Below are positions 37,977-47,645 of a stretch of 64,000 bases of DNA, one piece after another. The first letter of the stretch is position 1; every line of letters begins with the position of its first letter. The stretch comes from an uncultured Pelagibacteraceae bacterium (lineage in GTDB: Bacteria > Pseudomonadota > Alphaproteobacteria > Pelagibacterales > AG-422-B15). Below the pieces are notes generated by a model that saw nothing but the letters and a program-made list of their open reading frames with translations, had not been told where the DNA came from and searched no databases. A program made the position numbers and the translations under genes. The stretch lies in NCBI GenBank assembly GCA_905182145.1, contig CAJJAN010000029.1, positions 11,117 through 75,116 on the forward strand. Direction: 5' to 3'.

Positions 37977-39314
37977 TTATTCTTTTAACTGTGAATGAAT
38001 ATCAATTAACTCATATTTTTTAATAGACTTAATATTTTTGTCTGAATAATTAATGTCTGGAACGGCAATTAATTTTTTACCTTTCCATATACTTAAATGT
38101 GAAGGCGGGTAAATGTCTTTGATTAATTTATTGCTATATCTTTTGGGCACTGATTTTATTCCATTTTCTCCGAGGTACTGAATAGATAGTCCTTTAGCAT
38201 AATCATTTTTCATAGTTACCTTGTATTGTTCATTCCAAATAAAATTACTTGATGCAATTTTAGTAACACAAAGTTTTCTAGTAACTTCAGGTAAAAATAG
38301 TATTTCTTTTTTTTCTTTCTTAACTAAACACCCAGCTATTGTTAGACTTTTAAAATTATTTTTAAAAATAAGATCTAATAGATTCAAAATATTTTTAGAT
38401 CTTGGAGTATTCTTTCCTTTTCCAATAAATATAAGAAGTTTTGATATAGATCTAAATTTTACTTCTTCAGGCAATGGCTTAAATTGATCTATTAATATAG
38501 ATATTACCCCTCTACTGTTAATTTTTATAAAACTTTTCAGTGATGAGTTAATCAAATAGTTAATTGAATTATTTGCTTCTTTTAGATTTTTGATGGTATT
38601 TAAAAGCCTTTTATTATTTAATCCTTCATTGATTAAATGACTAGAAACCTTACGTACTCTTGATCGATCAAAATTATTATCAGTATTGGTTGGATCCAAT
38701 ATATATTTTTGTTTTTCGTTTGCTAAATAAGAAATTAAAGATTTTTTTGGATATTTTAATAAAGGTCGTAAAATATTTACCTTACTCTTTTTAAAATTAA
38801 ATTTTTCTTGAAGGGACCCTAACCCTTTAATCCCACTCCCCCGAATAATACGTAACAAGACATTTTCAACTTGGTCGTCCAAATGGTGGCCTGTGAATAG
38901 ATATCTAATATTTATTCTTTCACATTCTTTGATTAGAAGCTCATATCTTTTATCTCTTGCATTGGAAAGAATGTTTGAGTTTGGCTTAATATTTTTCCAT
39001 TTTATTATTTTATGCTTTATTTTTCTTTTTTTAAATTCAGATGCTAGCCATTGCAATTCATCTTTAGATGATTTTCTTAAACCATGATCAATACTAATAG
39101 CTTTTAAAGCAATGTTATTTTCTAAAGAAAATTTTTGTAGCAATATAGTTAAAGCTAAGCTATCTGGACCTCCAGATACAGCGACAGCAATTTTTTTACC
39201 GAGCTTAAATTTTAAGAGACTTTTAAAAAAATCTTGTTCTAATATTGGATCAAAAGATTTTGATTTTTTTGGTTTAATTAACTTTACAGCCATTTCTCTG
39301 AATCTCAATATCAC
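37977..39314 (-). CDS. tilS: tRNA(Ile)-lysidine synthetase
   Basis: PP-loop VAVSGGPDSLAL and the conserved position between cpoB and ftsH. The start is either GTG 39314 or ATG 39293, and both overlap the end of cpoB. Confidence 0.8.
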   Translation of the reverse strand: MILRFREMAVKLIKPKKSKSFDPILEQDFFKSLLKFKLGKKIAVAVSGGPDSLALTILLQKFSLENNIALKAISIDHGLRKSSKDELQWLASEFKKRKIKHKIIKWKNIKPNSNILSNARDKRYELLIKECERINIRYLFTGHHLDDQVENVLLRIIRGSGIKGLGSLQEKFNFKKSKVNILRPLLKYPKKSLISYLANEKQKYILDPTNTDNNFDRSRVRKVSSHLINEGLNNKRLLNTIKNLKEANNSINYLINSSLKSFIKINSRGVISILIDQFKPLPEEVKFRSISKLLIFIGKGKNTPRSKNILNLLDLIFKNNFKSLTIAGCLVKKEKKEILFLPEVTRKLCVTKIASSNFIWNEQYKVTMKNDYAKGLSIQYLGENGIKSVPKRYSNKLIKDIYPPSHLSIWKGKKLIAVPDINYSDKNIKSIKKYELIDIHSQLKE

Positions 39315-40248
39315 CTCTGTCTAGAATAGATTGCGCTGTTTCTGGATAGCTAATTCTTAACTTAGCTAGAGAAGCACATCCTTGTTCTAATTGGCCCATT
39401 TTAACCAACGAAATTCCCAATTTTAATAGTCCACTTGGTGCCTTGGGACTATCTGAATGATTTTGATATAATGATAAATAATTTTTTGCAGCATCTTTAA
39501 AGTTTTCTCTTACATAGTAAGTTTCTGCAAGCCAAAAATATGAGTTTGATAAAAGCTTCTCATCTTTAGATATTTTAATAAATTCTTTTAAGGCACCTTC
39601 TGCACCTTCATAATCACCTGAAGTTAGCAAGTTTATACTAAAGTTATATTGTTCAATTTCTGAGCCTTCTGGTAGAATTAATAATTCTGGCTTCTTGTCT
39701 TCAACCAAAATCAAGCTTTCTTGATCAATAGTAGCTGTAATTTCTTGCTCACCAGCAACAGTATTATTTTCTTCTAATGGCACTGCAAGAGTGCCAAGAT
39801 TTTTTGGAGCTAGGTCATAATCTACAACTTCGTTCTCAGTTGATACTACTGCTTGATTGTTGTTAGTGGAAGTAGCAACATTTACATCTGAAAATCTCAT
39901 CTCTGTATCAGCTTTAAAATTATTAAAATTATTGATTAATGTTTGAAGGCTAAATAAAACTTCTTCTATACTACCAGTTAACTCTTGTATCTGGTTTTGA
40001 AGTTCAGAGATTTGAATTGATTGTCTTGTTATAATTGACTCATAATCTCCAGCACTAAAGTTATTTTGGCTAGAATTTGTTTTATTAAATGTAGCTTTTT
40101 CTAAAACTTTTATTCTATTTTCTATTGAATTAATTTTTGCAATAATATCATCAGTTGAATTTGAACTAGCTGTTGAGCCTAACCCAATTATAAAAATAAA
40201 ACTTAAGATAATTGTTTTAGTATTTGAACTAGACATAAAATGACTCAT
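39274..40248 (-). CDS. cpoB: Tol-Pal system protein CpoB/YbgF (coiled coil + TPR)
   Basis: Signal peptide, a coiled-coil N-half, a C-terminal TPR-like region (YFWLAETYYVRENFKDAAKNY...), and a position directly after pal. Confidence 0.75.
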   Translation of the reverse strand: MSHFMSSSNTKTIILSFIFIIGLGSTASSNSTDDIIAKINSIENRIKVLEKATFNKTNSSQNNFSAGDYESIITRQSIQISELQNQIQELTGSIEEVLFSLQTLINNFNNFKADTEMRFSDVNVATSTNNNQAVVSTENEVVDYDLAPKNLGTLAVPLEENNTVAGEQEITATIDQESLILVEDKKPELLILPEGSEIEQYNFSINLLTSGDYEGAEGALKEFIKISKDEKLLSNSYFWLAETYYVRENFKDAAKNYLSLYQNHSDSPKAPSGLLKLGISLVKMGQLEQGCASLAKLRISYPETAQSILDRGDIEIQRNGCKVN

Positions 40249-40269
40249 ATTTTATTTATAAGTCAAACA

Positions 40270-40301
40270 CAGCTATTTGTCTAAATAAAGGCAAATAGCT
40301 G
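40270..40301 (-). promoter_or_regulatory. Intercistronic stem-loop between pal and cpoB
   Basis: 10-bp perfect inverted repeat CAGCTATTTG (40270..40279) / CAAATAGCTG (40292..40301) with a 12-nt loop. No strong T-run. Confidence 0.4.
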
Positions 40302-40325
40302 AAGTTAAATTTGAGTTTTGTAATC

Positions 40326-40823
40326 TTAATTTGTTCTGACTGAAACCGAGCGTCTGTTTTGAGCCCATGATGTATCATTCGAACCACTTTGTACTGGTCG
40401 TTCCTTACCATAACTAATGGTGCTTATTCTATTTGAGCTAATTCCTTGACTCATTAAATAATCTTTTACTGATGAAGCTCTTCTATCGCCTAGTGCTAAG
40501 TTATATTCTCTAGTGCCTCTTTCATCTGCATGTCCTTCTATAGCAATTGCAATAGATGGGTTTGCTTTAAGCCATTTTGCTTGCTTACTCAGAGTTGCTT
40601 GAGCAGAAGCTGCTAATGAATAACTGTCGTATGCAAAGAAAACTCTATCTGGAACATTTACTGCTAACATTTCAATAGTTTCTGTTCCAACGTAAACTCC
40701 TCCAACAACTTGACTTTGACTAGTTGATGAAGTTTCTGTAGGTGCGGTTGCACAAGCTGCAAGAAACGAGGTTAATAGGAAAATAGCAAAGAAATTGCTA
40801 AATTTTTTAATGCTTTGATTCAT
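40326..40823 (-). CDS. pal: Peptidoglycan-associated lipoprotein Pal (OmpA-like domain)
   Basis: Lipobox FLAAC and OmpA-like motifs IEGHADERGTREYNLALGDRRA. Confidence 0.9.
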   Translation of the reverse strand: MNQSIKKFSNFFAIFLLTSFLAACATAPTETSSTSQSQVVGGVYVGTETIEMLAVNVPDRVFFAYDSYSLAASAQATLSKQAKWLKANPSIAIAIEGHADERGTREYNLALGDRRASSVKDYLMSQGISSNRISTISYGKERPVQSGSNDTSWAQNRRSVSVRTN

Positions 40824-40920
40824 TTGTATGTTTTCTCCAAAAATTTAATATTGCCCCTTTTAGTACTCTATTTACTTAATAGTTCCAAGTCTAGATAAAA
40901 TTAAGTGTATTTTTTAGGTT

Positions 40921-42249
40921 TTACTGTAGCAAATTAGACCATGATGGATCAGATCCATCTTGAGGTGTATCAATTTTTCTTTCATTAAAACCTGTTAGGT
41001 CGATGGACCATAAAGTTGAAGAATGACCTTGGCCAGTGTCATTTGCTGGAGTTTCCCGATAAAAAGTAAGTACTCTTCCATTTGGCGACCAAGAAGGTGC
41101 TTCCTGATACCAACTTTCAGTAAGCAATCTTTCTCCCTCTCCATTAGTTCTCATTACTCCAATAGCATAACTACCCTTAAAGTTTTTTGTAAAAGCAATT
41201 AAATCTCCCCTTGGTGACCATACTGGCGTTGCATAATTTCCACCTTTATTGGATATTCTTTTTTGATTTCTACCATCGTTGTCCATTACATATAATTGCT
41301 GACTTCCACCTCTATCTGAATTAAAGGTTATTTTTCTTCCATCTGGTGAATAACTTGGCGAAGTATCAATTGCTGCATTAGTTGTTAATCTAGTAACAAC
41401 TCTACTTTTTAAATCCATTACATAGATATCTGAATTTCCATCTTTTGCTAAACTCATTATAATTTTACTTCCATCTGGAGAAAATCTTGGGGCAAATGTC
41501 ATACCAGGAAAGTCTCCAACAACTTCTTGGTTTCCAGTTTCAATATTCAACAAATATACCCTTGGCAAATTCTTAAAATATGAAAGATAAGTAATTTCTT
41601 GTTTAACTGGGTTAAATCTAGGAGTTAATACTAATTCCTTACCACTAGTTAAATGACGATGATTTGCACCATCTTGATCCATAATTGCTAATTTTTTAAT
41701 TCTTTTATTTTTAGGTCCACTTTCTGAGACATACAATATTCTAGTATCAAAATAACCCTTTTCACCAGTTAGTCTTTCATAAACTTTATCAGAAATCATA
41801 TGGCTAATTCGCCTCCAGTTATCTAATGTAGTTATTAGAACTAAAGCCTCAATTTCTTTTTCTGCAAGTGTATCCCACAATCTAAATTCAACTCTCAATT
41901 TGTCTTCATCAACAATTTTTAGTTTTCCAGTGACTAGGGCTTGAGATTTAATTAATCTCCAATCTTCAAACCTTGGTCTTAAATGCATTGCAGAATTTTT
42001 CTGAATGAAAGCATCTTCATTAATAGGAGCAAATAAACCACATCGCTCCAAGTCTGCCTTAACAACATCAGAGAGATTATTGGAAATTTCATTTAATTTT
42101 AATGAGTCTACTTCATCGTAGAAAAAATCTGAAATGGCGATGGGTAATGGTTCTCTATTGCCCTCCGTTATATCAATTTCTATTAGTGCTATTGCATTGG
42201 TAGTTAAGCAAAAGCTAATAATTGCAAAAAATTTTATAAGTCTTATCAT
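40921..42249 (-). CDS. tolB: Tol-Pal system beta-propeller protein TolB
   Basis: Signal peptide, repeated P.(F/W)SPDG propeller blades (PRFSPDGSKI, PSYSPDGRKI, PVWSPRGDLI, PSWSPNGRVL), and synteny. Confidence 0.9.
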   Translation of the reverse strand: MIRLIKFFAIISFCLTTNAIALIEIDITEGNREPLPIAISDFFYDEVDSLKLNEISNNLSDVVKADLERCGLFAPINEDAFIQKNSAMHLRPRFEDWRLIKSQALVTGKLKIVDEDKLRVEFRLWDTLAEKEIEALVLITTLDNWRRISHMISDKVYERLTGEKGYFDTRILYVSESGPKNKRIKKLAIMDQDGANHRHLTSGKELVLTPRFNPVKQEITYLSYFKNLPRVYLLNIETGNQEVVGDFPGMTFAPRFSPDGSKIIMSLAKDGNSDIYVMDLKSRVVTRLTTNAAIDTSPSYSPDGRKITFNSDRGGSQQLYVMDNDGRNQKRISNKGGNYATPVWSPRGDLIAFTKNFKGSYAIGVMRTNGEGERLLTESWYQEAPSWSPNGRVLTFYRETPANDTGQGHSSTLWSIDLTGFNERKIDTPQDGSDPSWSNLLQ

Positions 42250-42254
42250 GATAG

Positions 42255-43061
42255 TTACCTTAGTATTTCTCTTGGATCAAAATTAAGTTGAAGAGTTTTC
42301 CAATCTTCATATCTATCTATTGAAGGAGTTTTAATTGGATCACACCTTCTTACTGCTCTTAAAGCACTTTCTGCCAATACTTTAAAATATTTTTGACTTG
42401 GTTTGTTCATTCTCTGATGATCAGTTACTTCAGGTGGTTTCATTAATGAGCCATCTTGCCTTAATGATATCTTAACTTTCACCACCAAGCTATCATCTTC
42501 GGGCATTCCTATGGGTATACTCCAACAGCGTAAAAATTGTGATCTTATGGCGTCTTCTTCGCTTAATGTCAGTTTGTCGACCAGAGTATCGGTTGAGTCT
42601 AGAGACTCGTATTCTTCATCCTTAGCGTCTTCAATCGGCTTAGTGTCTTGTGCCATATCAATAAGTTCTGCAATTTTTAATGGGTCAAAATTATCTTTCT
42701 TTTTTATTACTGGCTTCCTAATGGGCATATTCACAACTGATTTTTTTTCTACTACTTCAGGTTTAATAATTTCTTCCTCTGGGGCTGGATCTTTAATTTT
42801 TTCATCTGATTTTTCTATCTTTGGTTTAAGAATTGGCTGATTGATCTTTAGATTATCTTTTTTTTTATTATCCTCTTCTTTTTCAACAACTTCTCTTTTG
42901 CTAACTTCTGGAACATTAGTTTGTTCAGTAATTTCTAATATTTCAACTTGTACAACAGGAGGAATATCAATTACTGGTGAATTAAAGATAGGTAGCCCTA
43001 AAATTGTTAAAACAATGAATCCAATATGTAGAAGTGATGAGGTAATAATTGAAATCTGCAT
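42255..43061 (-). CDS. tolA: TolA-like protein (TM anchor, Lys/Glu/Pro-rich linker, TolA/TonB-like C-domain)
   Basis: N-terminal TM helix, a charged low-complexity linker (EKEEDNKKKDNLK...PAPEEEIIKPEVVEKK), and a position between tolR and tolB. Confidence 0.7.
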   Translation of the reverse strand: MQISIITSSLLHIGFIVLTILGLPIFNSPVIDIPPVVQVEILEITEQTNVPEVSKREVVEKEEDNKKKDNLKINQPILKPKIEKSDEKIKDPAPEEEIIKPEVVEKKSVVNMPIRKPVIKKKDNFDPLKIAELIDMAQDTKPIEDAKDEEYESLDSTDTLVDKLTLSEEDAIRSQFLRCWSIPIGMPEDDSLVVKVKISLRQDGSLMKPPEVTDHQRMNKPSQKYFKVLAESALRAVRRCDPIKTPSIDRYEDWKTLQLNFDPREILR

Positions 43062-43079
43062 ATTTGTGGCATTACATAA

Positions 43080-43484
43080 TTAATTAGTTATAGGTTTAGT
43101 TATTAAAGCTACTTTAGAAAAACCTGATCCAGACAACTCGCCCAATACTCGCATAACTTTTCCATAGTTAATCACTTCATCTCCTCTAACATAAATTTTT
43201 GTATCCAATCTATTTTCTGTAATAGCAACTAGTTTAGGAATTAGCTCTTTAATATTAACCTCAGTTTCTTGAATATAAATATTACCATCTTTAGATATTG
43301 TTAATTCTAAAGGCTCGTTATCAGACTGAAGAGAGTCAGCATTACTTTCCGGTAAATCAACTTGTACTCCTACTGTTAATAATGGTGCAGTTACCATAAA
43401 AATAATTAGCAAAACCAACATTACATCAACGAACGGAGTTACGTTTATTTCACTGAAGGGTTTAGATTTAATATTTCTAGGCAT
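43080..43484 (-). CDS. tolR: Biopolymer transport protein TolR (ExbD family)
   Basis: EINVTPFVDVMLVLLIIFMV motif, 134 aa, and synteny. Confidence 0.85.
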   Translation of the reverse strand: MPRNIKSKPFSEINVTPFVDVMLVLLIIFMVTAPLLTVGVQVDLPESNADSLQSDNEPLELTISKDGNIYIQETEVNIKELIPKLVAITENRLDTKIYVRGDEVINYGKVMRVLGELSGSGFSKVALITKPITN

Positions 43485-43487
43485 AAA

Positions 43488-44195
43488 TTAAATCACCTTC
43501 TTTGTATCTAAGCCTCTTAAAAAAATATTGTTAAATTGATCTTTGAACCTATACATGCGAGCTGACTCTTTATTTACCTGACCAGTAAACAAATTATATG
43601 CAATCACGGCTGGAATTGCGGCCAATAATCCAAGTGCGGTTGCAAATAAGGCTTCGGCTATACCAGGAGCTACAACAGCTAGGCTTGTGTTCTTTGAAAT
43701 AGCAATAGATTGAAATGAATTCATTATACCCCAAACTGTTCCAAATAACCCTATGAATGGAGAGGTAGAGCCTATCGTAGCTAAATAGTTAAACATACTT
43801 GATAACTTTTCAGTCTCCAAATCTATCGAAGACTCTATTACAGCATCAAGACGAGTTGGAAGAGATGAAACGCTTTTTTCACTTTCAGATTTTTTTATTT
43901 CTTTTACAGCGTCATCAAAAACATTTTTCACAGGAAAATCTTCAGTATCTTTAAATTCTAACTGTATTGCTTTGATTGATTTACCAGACCAAAAAACAGA
44001 GTCAAAGTTATCACTCAGTTCTTTGATTTTTTTAAAAAGCTTGATCTTTTGAATTATAATTGCCCATGAAAAAACAGAAGCTGCAAAAAGCATCAAGATG
44101 ACTAACTTAACAACTAAGTCAGCTCTAAAAAAAAGCGATATTAACGTGAACTCATCATTAACCTGAGCACTTATTTCTAATACGTCTGTTTCCAT
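43488..44195 (-). CDS. tolQ: Tol-Pal system protein TolQ (MotA/TolQ/ExbB family)
   Basis: [21 protein letters not shown] and [15 protein letters not shown] motifs. Confidence 0.9.
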   Translation of the reverse strand: METDVLEISAQVNDEFTLISLFFRADLVVKLVILMLFAASVFSWAIIIQKIKLFKKIKELSDNFDSVFWSGKSIKAIQLEFKDTEDFPVKNVFDDAVKEIKKSESEKSVSSLPTRLDAVIESSIDLETEKLSSMFNYLATIGSTSPFIGLFGTVWGIMNSFQSIAISKNTSLAVVAPGIAEALFATALGLLAAIPAVIAYNLFTGQVNKESARMYRFKDQFNNIFLRGLDTKKVI

Positions 44196-44246
44196 AATAT
44201 CTTGATGGTTTAAAAAAATGTCATAATTAGGGCAATACTTCTAAAT

Positions 44247-44624
44247 TTAGATTTTCTTATCTTTAAGTAGCAATTTATATAATTCTAAAAAATCATCTAA
44301 TTTTATTATACATAGTGATTCACCAGTTTCTTGCCTATTTCTTCTAGTAATTACAACTGGCATTGATTCAGATTTTGAAATTTCAATATTTTCTCTGACT
44401 TGAGCCACAGATTGATGTATTTGGAATTTTTCAGTTCTTTTTGCTTCTACATATATGTGGGGTGTATTTTTTAAATCACTTCCACCAGAAGATTTTACCG
44501 CACCACCACCTGACAGAGGTGCTCTTTGCACAAGATCTTCATTATCAAATACAATCTTATTGAAATATTTTGCTAGCTCTCTTTCGTAACCATCGCCTTT
44601 TCTTTTGGGTGCTTTTCCTGACAT
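44247..44624 (-). CDS. PD-(D/E)XK nuclease resembling the archaeal Holliday-junction resolvase Hjc
   Basis: 125 aa. KGDGYERELAKYF (E14), GGSDLK (D50), and YVEAKRT (E60-x-K62) match the Hjc E...D...ExK layout. Sits between yebC and tolQ. Confidence 0.55.
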   Translation of the reverse strand: MSGKAPKRKGDGYERELAKYFNKIVFDNEDLVQRAPLSGGGAVKSSGGSDLKNTPHIYVEAKRTEKFQIHQSVAQVRENIEISKSESMPVVITRRNRQETGESLCIIKLDDFLELYKLLLKDKKI

Positions 44625-44696
44625 ATAGTAATTCGAATCAAATTATTTATAATTTAGAGGTTAATTTAATTAATAATAAATAACAGTTAATAATAA

Positions 44697-45440
44697 CTAA
44701 GCTAGACTTGAAATGTCTTCTTCGGATACATCATAATTTGAAAATACTGCCTGAACATCTTCATTGTCATCTAATTCATCTAATAAATTAAATAATATTT
44801 TAACTTTTTCTCCAGTTACATCTATCAAATTAGATGGCTTCCATAGAAATCCTGAAGATTCTGGTTCTTTAAAAATATTCTCTAGAGAGCTATAGAAGGC
44901 CGCTAAATTATCAGGTGAACATAAGGCTTCAAAACCATCATCTTCAAATAAACAGTCTTCCGCTCCAGATTCTATAGCTGAAGAAAAAAATTCATCTTGG
45001 TTACAAATAGATGTTGGGTATTTTAAAAAACCATAACGTGTAAATTGATGAGATACCGATCCACTTTCAGCAAAATTACCACCATTTTTTTGAAATATTG
45101 CTCTAATATCTGCAGCTGACCTATTTCGATTATCTGTTAAGGCTTCTACAATAATAGAAGTGCCAGCTGGACCAAAGCCTTCATATCTTATTTCATCAAA
45201 CATACCCATTGACTTGTCAGAAGATTTCTTAATTGCTCTTTCAATATTCTCTCTTGGAAAGCTTGCTGCTTTTGCAACTTGTATCGCAGATCTAAGTCGA
45301 GCATTCTGATCTGGATCTGGCATACCTGATTTTGCCGCAACAGTTATTTCTTTTGAAAGTTTTGAAAATAAGACTGCTCTTTTTTTATCTTGAGCACCTT
45401 TTCGAAATTGAATATTTTTAAATTTAGAATGGCCTGCCAT
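44697..45440 (-). CDS. yebC: YebC/PmpR family DNA-binding regulatory protein
   Basis: MAGHSKFKNIQFRKGAQDKKR N-terminus. 247 aa. Confidence 0.9.
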   Translation of the reverse strand: MAGHSKFKNIQFRKGAQDKKRAVLFSKLSKEITVAAKSGMPDPDQNARLRSAIQVAKAASFPRENIERAIKKSSDKSMGMFDEIRYEGFGPAGTSIIVEALTDNRNRSAADIRAIFQKNGGNFAESGSVSHQFTRYGFLKYPTSICNQDEFFSSAIESGAEDCLFEDDGFEALCSPDNLAAFYSSLENIFKEPESSGFLWKPSNLIDVTGEKVKILFNLLDELDDNEDVQAVFSNYDVSEEDISSLA

Positions 45441-45442
45441 TT

Positions 45443-46243
45443 TTATTTTCCTAGAACGCCACCAATTTTAATTGGTTCTATTGTTTTAGCAAGACCAGTC
45501 TCTAAATCTGACTCAATAACTACCCCGCACAGGGTGGCCTCACCTAATGCAGGGGAAAATTTAGACTTACTTTTCATGCCAAGGAATCTCTCTAAGATTG
45601 GCTCTTTATTCATCCCAATAATTGAGTTGTAGTCTCCACACATACCTGCATCAGTTTGGTACGCTGTTCCTCCTGGAAGTATATGGCCATCTGCAGTTGG
45701 AATATGTTGATGAGTTCCCACCACAGCACTTACCCTGCCATCCAAATGGTGCCCCATGGCAACTTTTTCACTTGTAGCTTCAGCATGAAAATCAACAAAA
45801 ATAAATTTTAGATCGCTACCTAGTCGGTGCTTTCTCATAATTTCTTCAACTTTTAGAAAAGGGTTATCATCAGGCTTCATAAAAACATTGCCAATAAGAT
45901 TTATGACCATAATACTCTCGTCTTTTGCTGTTTTATATATATTGAACCCAAGGCCTGGTGTGCCTTCTGGAAAGTTGTAAGGCTTTAATAAATTGCCATC
46001 TTTAGCGATATAATCAACTATTTCTTTTTGATCCCATAAATGATTGCCAGTTGTAATTACGTCACCGCCATATGAATAAATATCTCTACATATGTCTTCG
46101 GTAATACCAAATCCACCTGCAGAATTTTCACCATTTATAATGGTAAAATCAATTTGATATTTTTGCTTAATTTCTTTTAAATTGTTTTGCAGGGCTTTTC
46201 TGCCAGCTCTACCAATAATATCTCCAAGGAATAATACTCTCAT
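45443..46243 (-). CDS. YmdB-like calcineurin-fold metallophosphoesterase (TIGR00282 type)
   Basis: MRVLFLGDIIGRAGR, INGENSAGGFGIT, TGNHLWD, and DFHAEATSEK motifs. Confidence 0.8.
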   Translation of the reverse strand: MRVLFLGDIIGRAGRKALQNNLKEIKQKYQIDFTIINGENSAGGFGITEDICRDIYSYGGDVITTGNHLWDQKEIVDYIAKDGNLLKPYNFPEGTPGLGFNIYKTAKDESIMVINLIGNVFMKPDDNPFLKVEEIMRKHRLGSDLKFIFVDFHAEATSEKVAMGHHLDGRVSAVVGTHQHIPTADGHILPGGTAYQTDAGMCGDYNSIIGMNKEPILERFLGMKSKSKFSPALGEATLCGVVIESDLETGLAKTIEPIKIGGVLGK

Positions 46244-46822
46244 TTAAACCTTATATAAATACTTTTCAGTTAAAATCCAATTAAGTTTTTTATCCATACT
46301 ATTATTTGGTACCTCATTAATTTTTTGGAATGAATAACCAACACCTATCTTTATGGACATGTTTTCATTATTTTCTAATTCTTCAATATATTTATCATAA
46401 TAACCGCCACCATAACCTAAGCGATTTCCATTATCATCAAATGCGAGAAGTGGAATAAATAACACAGATGGAATAATAACTTTATTTTTATCACTTGGTT
46501 CTAATATGCCATATTTACCTTTTACTAATTCTTCACCCTCTTTCAGTTCTCTAAATATCATTTGATTAGAATCTTCATCTATACAAGGCAGGGATATAGA
46601 AATTTTTTTTGAAAATAATAAGGTGATTAAATTATTTGTATCTATTTCATTATTATATGGCTGAAATATAGATACGTGTTGAGTGATAAATGAATCAATT
46701 AATGGCTTGATATGAACATGCAAATTATTAGTGATGTCATTTATACTGGCATATGAAGATCTTCTATTGAGCAAAAATTTACGTAAAGCTGATTTCTCAG
46801 ACTTGTTGTTAAAATCAGACAT
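46244..46822 (-). CDS. 5-formyltetrahydrofolate cyclo-ligase
   Basis: LGYGGGYYDKY motif, 192 aa, and the conserved neighbourhood with zapA. Confidence 0.8.
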   Translation of the reverse strand: MSDFNNKSEKSALRKFLLNRRSSYASINDITNNLHVHIKPLIDSFITQHVSIFQPYNNEIDTNNLITLLFSKKISISLPCIDEDSNQMIFRELKEGEELVKGKYGILEPSDKNKVIIPSVLFIPLLAFDDNGNRLGYGGGYYDKYIEELENNENMSIKIGVGYSFQKINEVPNNSMDKKLNWILTEKYLYKV

Positions 46823-46842
46823 AATAATAAATTTTAAAGATA

Positions 46843-47205
46843 TTAATTTATTGACGCTATCTTGCTTAAAAGATCATTAATTTTTTCATTGGTTAGCTCA
46901 ATATAATCAGTGCTTTTATCTTGATTATTTGTAGTGCGCTTTTCATTTTCATCCAATGAAGCTTCGAGAGACTTTATTTTGACTATATTATCTTTATTTT
47001 GCTTAGAAAGCTCTTGTGCTTGATCAGCCATTAATAATGAAGCCATAACCATAAGACGAGTTTCACCAATTTTCCCAAATCTCTTGGTTAATTCTCTTAC
47101 TTTGAAATCTATCTGTGAGGCAAGTGATTTTAAATGCTGTTCTTCACCAGGATCACAGACAACTGTATAATCTTGGTCATTTATATTTATGTTAATCTCA
47201 GGCAT
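46843..47205 (-). CDS. zapA: Cell division protein ZapA
   Basis: I.INDQDYTVVCDPGEEQHL...LMVMASLLMADQ pattern. 120 aa. Confidence 0.75.
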   Translation of the reverse strand: MPEINININDQDYTVVCDPGEEQHLKSLASQIDFKVRELTKRFGKIGETRLMVMASLLMADQAQELSKQNKDNIVKIKSLEASLDENEKRTTNNQDKSTDYIELTNEKINDLLSKIASIN

Positions 47206-47208
47206 ATC

Positions 47209-47496
47209 TTATGAGTCTAGTATATCCTTAATACTGTAAATACTTTCATCCAGCTGATCTGATATACTACCGGCGAAATTTTTTAATTCGATAAAATCAG
47301 ATTTAAGAATTTTAATTTCATTATCCAAGTTATGATTTTTTTGAGCTAGTTCGTTATTATTATTTTCTAAGATTGGAATTTCTTTTATTTTCACTGAAAG
47401 CCTATCAACTTCATGTGAAAGTTTGGCTATTGTTTCGTGCAACATTTTTTCAGCAGAATCTAATTTTGACACCTGTAATCTCCAAATAATTATCAT
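47209..47496 (-). CDS. Coiled-coil protein upstream of zapA (DUF4164/ZapB-like)
   Basis: All-helical heptad-like sequence. The likely true start is GTG at 47472, which is preceded by GGAG (VSKLDSAEKML...). Confidence 0.55.
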   Translation of the reverse strand: MIIIWRLQVSKLDSAEKMLHETIAKLSHEVDRLSVKIKEIPILENNNNELAQKNHNLDNEIKILKSDFIELKNFAGSISDQLDESIYSIKDILDS

Positions 47497-47645
47497 GATT
47501 TAACTGTCTTTTCTATCCACCGTCAATAAGAAAAATTTAAAAATATTCTGTGATATTTTGCTTTCTTTATTTGATATAATCATTTAAGAGTCAGAGGTAG
47601 TTACCAATTCAATTAACAAACCATTTGTAAGCCTTTTTTTTCTAA

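Noticed and set aside
42640-42920. Repetitive-looking Lys/Glu/Pro-rich DNA, considered as a possible tandem repeat or CRISPR-like array.
   Set aside because: It is the charged linker of TolA, in frame within a single ORF. It has no regular repeat-spacer periodicity.
46823-46842. I looked for a 6S RNA (ssrS) gene between zapA and the 5-formyl-THF cyclo-ligase gene, where it sits in many proteobacteria.
   Set aside because: The spacer is only 20 nt, so no approximately 180-nt RNA can be encoded there. The 149-nt spacer at 47497..47645 is also too short and shows no long imperfect hairpin.
47572-47580. TGATATAAT, a perfect extended -10 (TGnTATAAT), lies 66 nt upstream of the tkt start.
   Set aside because: It is plausible as the tkt-gap-pgk-fba promoter. 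But TATAAT-like strings are very frequent in DNA of about 30% G+C, and I found no convincing -35 element. I cannot support it without transcription-start data.
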